Source: the human T2T-CHM13v2.0 reference genome, Homo sapiens. From it: a stretch of 64,000 nt of DNA. The notes beneath the pieces are model-generated. The model saw nothing but the letters and a program-made list of their open reading frames with translations, ran no database searches and had not been told where the DNA came from. The position numbers and the translations under genes are program-made. Where the stretch lies: NCBI RefSeq assembly GCF_009914755.1, contig NC_060925.1. One strand, given 5' to 3'. Every line of letters begins with the position of its first letter. Position 1 is the first letter of the stretch. This document shows positions 55,585-64,000 of this stretch, piece after piece.

Positions 55585-56201
55585 TGACAGTCTTACCAAT
55601 GCACCACAATGTAGCAGTCTCTCGTTGTAAGGCATCACCCGGAGTTCTTCGTTTCATGACCAAAAAAATTAAGGAGTGTGGACAAAGGGTGAGGTTAGAA
55701 CGAAAGTTTAATAAGCAAAAGAAGAAAGTCCTCTGCCACAGAGGGGACCCGAAAGAGGGTTGCCTTTTTACAGTTGAATTCAAAAGCTTTTATAAGAAAC
55801 TCCCCTCATCTCTGTAGCTGTTTGTGTAATTCCCCTTATCTGTGCAGCTGCGGGCATGTCCTTAGGCAAGCACAAAGCACAGCTTCTCTTGTTCGGGTTA
55901 CTGTGGTTATGTTTTGGGTAGGTCCCCCACCTCCCTGTGCAAGTTCCCATGGAGCCCACTGTGTACATGCCCGAAAAGAGGAGGAAACCTTTCTGTGGGA
56001 GCCCACTGATTACACCAAGAACAAAGGCTGCTATGTTGGGCCTTACTTGCTTGTCTGTGCAGCTGCAGCCTGAGTTTTCCCCAGGCTGCTCTATTTGTGC
56101 CTGTAGCTTGATTTTTCAGGCTGTCTTTCATTTTGAAAGAATTTTACCAAAGACAAGCTTTAGCTGTCTGCCCAACTAGTTTTTCCTTTTCTCCTCCCTC
56201 A
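55585..56201 (-). mobile_element. ERV1-class solo LTR (MER61/LTR27-like)
   Basis: TG...CA ends, near-TSD tctg/actg; minus strand begins TGAGGGAGGAGAAAAGGAAAA. Confidence 0.8.
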
Positions 56202-56954
56202 ACTGGATCATAACTTATGACTCTGAGGCTGAGTCCTGGGATAGTTGGATGTAGAGGGGGCATTATCTGGATTTGAACCCAGTAATTCTTAGCTGTCTGA
56301 TATTACATAAGTTACTTAGCCTTCCTGAACCTCACTTTCACCATCTATAGGACAATATGTGCTTTGCAATAATAACATTAGATTTCTAGAAACACACACA
56401 CATGCATAACACCAGGAACAAATTTTCCTATAACTTATTTTATTGATTTCTTTTACATATATGAAATAGAAAAATGATATTCCAAAGAATTATACCTCTC
56501 AATTTTTTTTAGGAAAAATGTTTAAAAAATAAAAAAAAAAGAATTCAAATTGTGCAAGTAAAACAAAAGGTAAATTGGAGCTCTGCTTTAAAGTAAATTT
56601 CAATAGAAGATTGTTGTTGTTTTCTTTAAGTAAGAAGCTGAAATTGCGGAGTGAGTTTTGATGTGGCAGTGTGTATGCTGTCTTGGTTATCCAGCTGTTT
56701 TGACTCGGTTTTGATGGCAACATATACTGACCATGAAACTCAGAGGTAAGTAATTTCACCATTTTGAAGACACCCACAGCTCTTGACATTTTCAAAGGGT
56801 GGTTCCCAAAATAGGAGTTCTTTTGAGATGGCATTGGTATATTCCAGGGTGATGGATGCCAGAGATTGGCTGGGTGGCTTGATCTGGGTTGCAGACAGTT
56901 AAAAGTTAAAGAAAAGTAGGGTAGCTTCTACTTCCTTCATGACCTGGTCCAGGA

Positions 56955-57781
56955 TATTAACAGACATGCCAGTGGACCTGGGTGCTTGATGTTACTTAAC
57001 ACAGGTATCATTTCCACTTTTTCCCTCTGCTCCAAGCCACAGGGAAACTCAGCCATTTCCAGGGCCCTTGGTTTCAGGAAGGTCTCTGCAGTTGCATGGA
57101 GCCTGCTTTGCCTGGCATTCTGCAGGATTCTTTAGTACAAGGATTTTGACTGGGTCAAATCAGAGATTTGGGCAAATTCCTGCATTTTAAAATAGTCTTC
57201 TCCTAAAACCCTTTCATTCTATGTGATGGACAGATAAGAGATACAGGGCTCCTGTATCAGAAATTTTATTTGACTTTTGGAGTAGAGTGACCTGAAGAAC
57301 AAATTGCAGTTTTATTTTTCTCATTACAGCAAGTCAGGAGGAGGCAGCCTGGGCCTGGTGGGGCACTTCTCTGATGTCAACAGGGTCTGCCCACCCTGCC
57401 ATCTTTAGTGTGGCTTCCTGCATCGCCGATCGACCAAGTGGCAGACCTGAGGGCAAAAGGAAGCCTGATATTGGAGTCAGCCCCCTTTGGAAGAACTTTC
57501 CCTACAGCCCACCTAGTAACTTCTGATGATACCTCCTTGGCCTGATTTAATTCAGTGCACCAAAAATATTATCATTTCAACACAAAACCAATGCAAACAA
57601 AGAATATGCCCCTAAATGAAATGGTGGGATCTAGTTTAATTTTTATCAAGAGACCTTCCTGAAGCCAAGGGCCCTGGAAATGGCTGAGTTTCCCTGTGGC
57701 TTGGAGCAGAGGGAAAAAGTGGAAATGATACCTGTGTTAAGTAACATCAAGCACCCAGGTCCACTGGCATGTCTGTTAATA
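56955..57781. repeat. 133-bp inverted repeat (arms 56955-57087 and 57649-57781), one mismatch, 561-nt spacer
   Basis: Base-by-base reverse-complement comparison. Confidence 0.97.
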
Positions 57782-57827
57782 AAAAAATTTTTTAATGTTT
57801 TCATTCATGTATCGTTTCAACTGAATC

Positions 57828-57888
57828 ACATGTACCCTAAAACTTAAAGTATAATAAAAATAAATAAATAAAATAAAATAACAAAAAA
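57828..57888 (+). mobile_element. Extremely truncated young L1PA 3' terminus with A-rich tail
   Basis: acatgtaccctaaaacttaaagtataataaaaataaataaat...; aatgttttca flanks both sides. Confidence 0.88.
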
Positions 57889-58214
57889 ATGTTTTCACAA
57901 AGACAGTTTTCAAAGTAACAAAGGACATTGAGAAAAAAAATCCTTTGGTTGTTCCAAGTGTACAGAACATCAGATAAAAATAACATCAATTTTCCACAGA
58001 GAAACCAAATATGTCATTTAAATGCTTCCAGAATTAAACATTTGATGTGTATGTTGGGTGAGGAGGCAACAGGATTGGATAGGGTGGTGGGAAGTCTGAG
58101 TTTTGGTCTCCCCTCTCTCACTAACTAGCTGTGTGGCTTTCACTAAACAACTCCAGCCCCTTAACCTCACTAGCTCAGTTTTATCATCTGTAAAATGAAA
58201 GGATTGGTCTCGAT

Positions 58215-58520
58215 CAGTGCTGTCCAATAAAAATAATATTTGAGCCACCTGTATAATTTTAAGATTTTTAGTAGCCATGTTAAAAAAGCAAAAGGAAACA
58301 AGTAAAATCAATATATTTTATTTAATCCAATGCACCAAAAATATTATCATTTCAACACAAAACAAAATTATTGAGAAAGTATTTTACATTTTTTTGCACT
58401 AAGTCTTTGAATGCTGTGTATAATTTACCCTTCCAGCACATCTCAGTTTGGACTGGCACAGTGTCAGGCGCTCAGCAGCTGCACACCTCTCCTGGCTACT
58501 GTTTTGAATGGTGCTGCCCT
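58215..58520. mobile_element. MER33/MER3-like hAT-Charlie MITE
   Basis: cagtgctgtccaataaaaataat...gcacatctcagtttggactggcac...ggctactgttttgaatggtgctg. Confidence 0.75.
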
Positions 58521-60277
58521 CCAGAGCTCCAAGGTTTCTTTCAGTCCTGACCCTTGAGGATTGTCACCTTTTTTTCTTGACTCAGCTTTGAGTGTCTTGG
58601 CCTCTCTTTCCATCCCCCAACCTGGGGCTTCTCTTCAGGCATGGGGTGAAGGGATCAAAACCCTGAGGGCCACCCCCACTCCATGATTTCTTTCTGCACT
58701 GTCTGCTCTCTGTCCTGTGCTTTCCTGATTTGGAATCACTTCCCTCGCTTTTTCTCAGGCTGAGATCCCTCCCAGCTTGCCTTATCTCTGCCTGGTCCCT
58801 GAGGTAACCCATTTGCAGCCTCCCATTCCTGCTCTGTCTAGGCCATTTCATGTTCTCTTAATTTTGCATTCCATTGCCTTTAAAATCTTCAACCACTTAA
58901 AAATGTAACAATATACATTTTTTTCTTTCATTACAAAAGACGTGCTCATTGTGAAACAATTGGGAAATATAGGAGCTTATAAAGAATAATATAAAAATCA
59001 CTCATAATCCACTCACTCCAACCCAACCACTGCTAATGTTTTGATGTGCTTATCTTTGGTCTTTTTCTAAGCATTACGTATACATGTAAATGTGTTTTAA
59101 ATTTCTTTTTCTGGAGATTTTACAGAATATATAGTTTTCTATTCTATTTCTTTCACTTTTCATTATACTGTGAGCGTTATAACAATATCATTAAGTATCG
59201 TTTGAAAACATCATTTGTAATTGCTAATGGCTGAGGTTCAGGGAGAGATTTTGATAATATTATGTCACCATTAAGCTAGGGACTTAGATAAACTTAGTAT
59301 CTGCCCTGCTTCTCATTCCTCCTTGTTGAAGAGCTCTTGACCAATGTAAAAAGCAATAGCCAAATGTGAAATAAAGAACTACCTTATTAACAGCTCAGCA
59401 AGCACTGGAGACCGGCATGTTTGCATTTCCACGCTCATTGGTCTAGGTGAGGCTTCCTGGTCCCCATCCCTGGAATCTAAGATGAGCTGGGCTTGTGGAG
59501 CAACCTTGGGCTTGACTTTCCTACTTGGCTCAGACTGGCTTTGGCAAATTGCTTAACCGCTCTGGGTATGTCCTTATCTGTAAAGTGGTGATTATAATAG
59601 TGCTCACCTCATAGGTCTGTTGTGCAAATTAAATGAGAGAGACATATAAAGTGCTTATCATAGTTCCTGGCAGATAGTAAATGATCCATAAATGTTAGTT
59701 TTACCATTTCCCTATTTTTGGACACTTAAGTGGCTTAATTTTTTTTACTATTATAAATTAATCAGTTTATCAGTAACAAATATTTATTGAGTACTTACTA
59801 CTGGCCAATTTTTTTTTTTTTTAAATACTAGAAATTACAGGGGTAACCAAGACCAGACAAGTGTCTGATCTCATGGAATTTAAATTTTAATGGGAGACAT
59901 GATCAATAAGCAGGGTAAGTTTGGATATGGAAAAGGCTATCAATCACATACAACAAGATGATGCCCTGAGCTTCAGGTAGGGTGGGCAGCGAGGAGCTTT
60001 CTGAGTTAGGTGATGTGTGAGCAGACATCTGAATGACAAGGGGGAGATCTGGGGAAGAGCAAGTTAAAGACCTTGAAGTGGAAGTGAACTTGAGGAGTTC
60101 AATCAAAATTCAGAAGCAGGGAGCGCAGGGGGTTTGGTGTGGTGGGAGGAGCTACGGGAGGTGGGCAGGAGCCACCTGGTCAGGGAACACTTCGGAGCTC
60201 AGGGTGAGGACTGTGGACTTCATTGCAAGGTGTGAGACATGCACTGGAGGCTTCCGTGCAGCGGAGGGATGCCTACT

Positions 60278-60626
60278 CAGTGGTGTGCTGGAGCGGGCTC
60301 ATGGGAGCTTCTGAGAGCCTCTTGGCACGTCTCTTCCCAGCTCCTTATTCAGTGAAATCATGTTGATAAGTGGCTTGATCTGGGTTGCAGACAGTTACAG
60401 ATTCTCCTCGATTTATCAGGACACAATCTGATCAACCCATTGTAAGTGAAAAATATCATCAGTCAAAACTGCATTTAACACCATCTAAACCCTTCCTAAA
60501 GTCAAAAGATCATAAGTCAAACCATCATAAGCCCAGGACTGTCTATATTTATAACACAGGAGTTTATAGCAGATGCTACTCTTCCCCTAGAGAGCTAGTT
60601 GTTAAATGTTTACCAGCACACCACTG
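60278..60626. mobile_element. MER63-like hAT-Blackjack element with nested Tigger5/MER47-like MITE (60398-60545)
   Basis: Perfect 14-bp TIRs cagtggtgtgctgg / ccagcacaccactg; inner TA-flanked cagattctcctcgattta...ggactgtcta. Confidence 0.8.
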
Positions 60627-61356
60627 GAACAAACTAATCTAGGTTTTAAAAAATTCTCTTTGCCTATGCTCTGTGAAGAATGAATTACAGGGAGGCAATA
60701 TGCAGTTTTGACTGTAGTTTTGAGAATTTCCTTAGGATAAATTACTGGAAGTGAAATTACTACAGAAAATTATCTAATTGCTCCCCCTACTGAAAATGTT
60801 CATCATTTATACCTCCACTAGCAGCAAGGTACCATTTCCTTGTACTCTTACTCACACTTAGCTTTAGCCACCCCCATAGAATGTTCCTTCTATCTAGAAC
60901 TTTGCATTCTGTTCTCTATGTGTAGCTGATTATTTATTTATTTATTTATTAATCCTTCAGGTCTGGTCTCACATCTCTCTTCTCAGAGGACTTTCCTGAC
61001 CACTCTATTTCATTGTAATTACTTATTTGCCAGAACCATGGCCATTTATTTATGTCTAGGACAGGGTCTGCCACATAGTAGGCTCCCAATATATATTATT
61101 GAATGAATGAATGCATCCGCCTACCTTTCTGAATTCTCAAATTGATACTAATACAGTCAAAGGAGTTCCTTTCCTTGGAATGTCTAGGATTGGCTTTTTT
61201 CAGCTTAATGATATTTCTGGAGTTGAGGTATATTAAGTCCAAAGAGTTCAATAATTGATAACAAAATACTGTGCAATAACCTAACATTATAACAAGATAT
61301 TTTGCAATAAAATGCAGCTTTAAAACATCTGTTATCCAAGTGAAGTGATGACTCAC

Positions 61357-62430
61357 AGAGAAAATATTTCCAAACCATACATCTGATAAGGAGTTAATAT
61401 TAAAAAGATATGAGGAACTCAAACGACTTAAGAGCAAGAAAACAAATAACCCTATTAAAAAATGGGCAGGGGACCTGAACAGACATTTCTCAAAAGAAGA
61501 CACACAGATGGCCAGCAGATCCATGAAAAGATGCTCAACATCACTAATCATCAGGGAAATGCAAATTTAACCACAGTGAGATATCAGTTCACACCTGTTA
61601 GAATGGCTATAATAAAAGAGACAAACAATGAATGTTGGTGAAAATGTAGAGAGAAGGAAATTCTTATGTATTGTTGGTAGAATGTAAATTGATACAGCCA
61701 TTATGGAAAATAGTATGGCGGTTCTTTAAAAGCTAAAAACAGGACTACCATATGATCCAGTAGTCCCACTTCTGGGTATATATCCAAAGGAGATGAATCA
61801 ATATTTTGAAGAGATATCCACACTCCCATGTTCATTGTCTCATTATTCACAATAGCTAAGATATGCAAGCAAGCTAAGTGTCTATCAATGGGTTAATGGA
61901 TTAAGAAAATATGGTGTGTATACACAATGAAATACTTTCAGCCTTAGAAAGAAGAAAATTGTCATTTGTGACAACATGGGTGAACCTGGAGCATATTATG
62001 CTAAGTGAAATAAACAGGCACCGAAATGCCAATATCATATGAGCTCACTTATATGTGGAACCCAAGAAAGTTGAACTCAGACATACAGAGTACAATGGTG
62101 GTTACAGAGGCTGGGGACGAGGGGGGTGGATGAGAAAGGGGTGAGGTTGTTCAAAGGGTACAACATTTTAGTTAGACAGGAGGAATGTGTTTTAGAGATC
62201 TGTTGCACAGCATGTTACTATAGTTAATAATAGCAGATTGCGTATTTCAAAATTGCGAAAACAGTAGATTTTAAATGTTCTCACCACAAATAGGTATATG
62301 AGGTGATGGATATGTTAATTAGCTTGATTTTATCATGTAAAATCTACAATTTAAATATATATGAAAACATCACATTAAACCCCATAAATATATACAATTA
62401 TTATGTCAATTAAAATGAATTAAAATAATA
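61357..62430 (+). mobile_element. L1MA-class 3' fragment (ORF2 end plus 3' UTR)
   Basis: gagaaaatatttccaaaccatacatctgataagg...aacagacatttctcaaaagaagac...gtagattttaaatgttctcaccac. Confidence 0.9.
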
Positions 62431-62499
62431 GAAAACCCCCAAAAAAGCATGTTATCCATTAAAACACGAAAAACCAAGAGCCGTCAATAACTGCATGTT

Positions 62500-63470
62500 T
62501 CTAGTGAGACTACAGCAATTTCTCTGTGCACTTGCCAGAGGCTTCTCTGACATGTGGTCACCCTGGAGCCCATGCAACACCCTCTTATTGCCACAGACTT
62601 CTGTGCTCACTGCATGGCCAATATGTGTAGACTAACTTCTGACAGTTTTATATTCTCTTTTAAAATTTTCCACATTTGCTCTTGATCTCATTCTTTCTTT
62701 TTTCTGTGCTATAAATTTCTCCAGCTCTACTAGATCATCCCACCAGTGTAAAAACATGCAATAGAATGTCACATATAAGAACAAAACACAAGAATCCTTG
62801 CTACCTCATACGCCTCTTTATCCTCGGTCCCATTTCTCTGCTCTCCTGTATAGCAAAACTTCTCAGAAAAGTGGCGAATGTTGTCCCCACTTTCTCATCT
62901 CCTGCCCCTCCTAACCACTCTAACAGGTGGTCTGCTCACAAAAACTGCTCTTGTTCAGGTCATTAGTGATGCCCACATTCCTGAGTCCCATGGTTCTTTC
63001 TCTGTCTTTATTTGATTTGACTTCTCAGAGTACTTAGACTCTCATTCTTGAAGCATTTGCTTCTCTGGCTTTTGTGGTAGCATGCTGTTCTAGTTTTCCT
63101 ATTTCACTGGCTGTCCCATTCCAGTCTCTGTTGCTGGTTCTTGCTCCTCTGCTATACCCCTGATGTAGGTGTGCCCCAGGGCTGGCTTCTGGGCCCTCTT
63201 CTCTTCTCTGTCTATGCTCACTCCCAGGATCTCACCCATTTTTGTAGGTTTACATAAATCCACATGTAAATGACTCCCACATTTATAGATTCAGCCTTCA
63301 TCTCTCCTCTGAGCTCCTGAGGCTGAAATCCAGCTGTTCCCTTGACATCTTAACTCAGGTGTCTAATGAGAGTCTTCAACTGAACAGGTCCAAGGAACTT
63401 TTGACTTATGCCATCCTCCAGTCTATTCCTCCTCATGTCTTCCTTTCCCCACAAATGACACTACCATCTA
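62500..63470 (+). mobile_element. L2 fragment
   Basis: ctctgctctcctgtatagcaaaacttctcagaaaagt; gggccctcttctcttctctgtctatgctcactcc. Confidence 0.7.
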
Positions 63471-64000
63471 TGGTGTGGCTCCAATTCCAGATTATACTAA
63501 ACAGTTAAGGGAGGTGTGTGGTGAGAATGGTGGCCATACTCCCTTGGGGTGCTGTCACCAGGACCAGTCTTGAGCCCAGTTCAGCCCTCCTTGTTTAGTA
63601 GCATATGTCTCAGAACATGATATGCACGGCCACTTCCACCCACTGCTTTCACTTCCGGCCCCTTTTCTTAGGAGTTTTGGTCTCATAATGGCTCTAGAAG
63701 CAGAGGAACTGAAGGCTAGAGTGGGCAAAAGTATTCTCTCTACTTCCAAAATTATATTCATGCAAGAGAAGTTGACTTCCTGGTTTTCTGGGTAGTACAA
63801 TCCCTAGGTCCATATGATGTGGAGCTGGAATTGTGGATGGGGAATGGTGCATTTATGGAAATTCTTTCAGGGCAGTAGGTTTGTTCCAATTCCATTCTCA
63901 TTTTTAAAAATACCATTTGCTTTTGCCTTTTTATTTTTTTAAATCATCAGGTGGGGAGTGGGAAAGTCTAAATCAAAGACTGTCATTCAGATGGTATTTT

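Noticed and set aside
57804-57827. Weak similarity of tgtatcgtttcaa to antisense U6 snRNA (U6-L1 chimera idea)
   Set aside because: Only ~12 of 13 nt match and the orientation is wrong for a U6-L1 chimera
61096-61551. 151-aa minus-strand ORF
   Set aside because: Starts in antisense L1 ORF2 sequence, a common spurious ORF

Overview
Primate (very probably human) repeat-rich, mostly intronic DNA. It contains many Alu, L1, L2, MIR, MaLR/ERV1 LTR and hAT/Tigger fossils. There is one convincing coding exon, in a CpG island at 38547-38994 (+). It has a polypyrimidine/CAG acceptor, an ATG at 38561 and a GA|GTGAGT donor. From memory (not a search), this is the far-upstream alternative coding exon of CACNA1E (Cav2.3, 1q25.3), which would add about 145 aa in front of the canonical MARFGEAVV start. 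Reading through the donor gives GAG-TGA, so the same exon is also a complete stand-alone ORF of 145 aa, or 52 aa from an internal strong-Kozak ATG. Other notable items: an old NUMT (tRNA-His/Ser/Leu plus 5' ND5, 48199-48592); a ~1.5 kb C-rich 16-mer minisatellite; a 133-bp near-perfect non-TE inverted repeat inside a mosaic insertion (56955-57896); and several short locally templated duplications. Repeat subfamily names are from recall of consensus sequences, and boundaries of old repeats are approximate.
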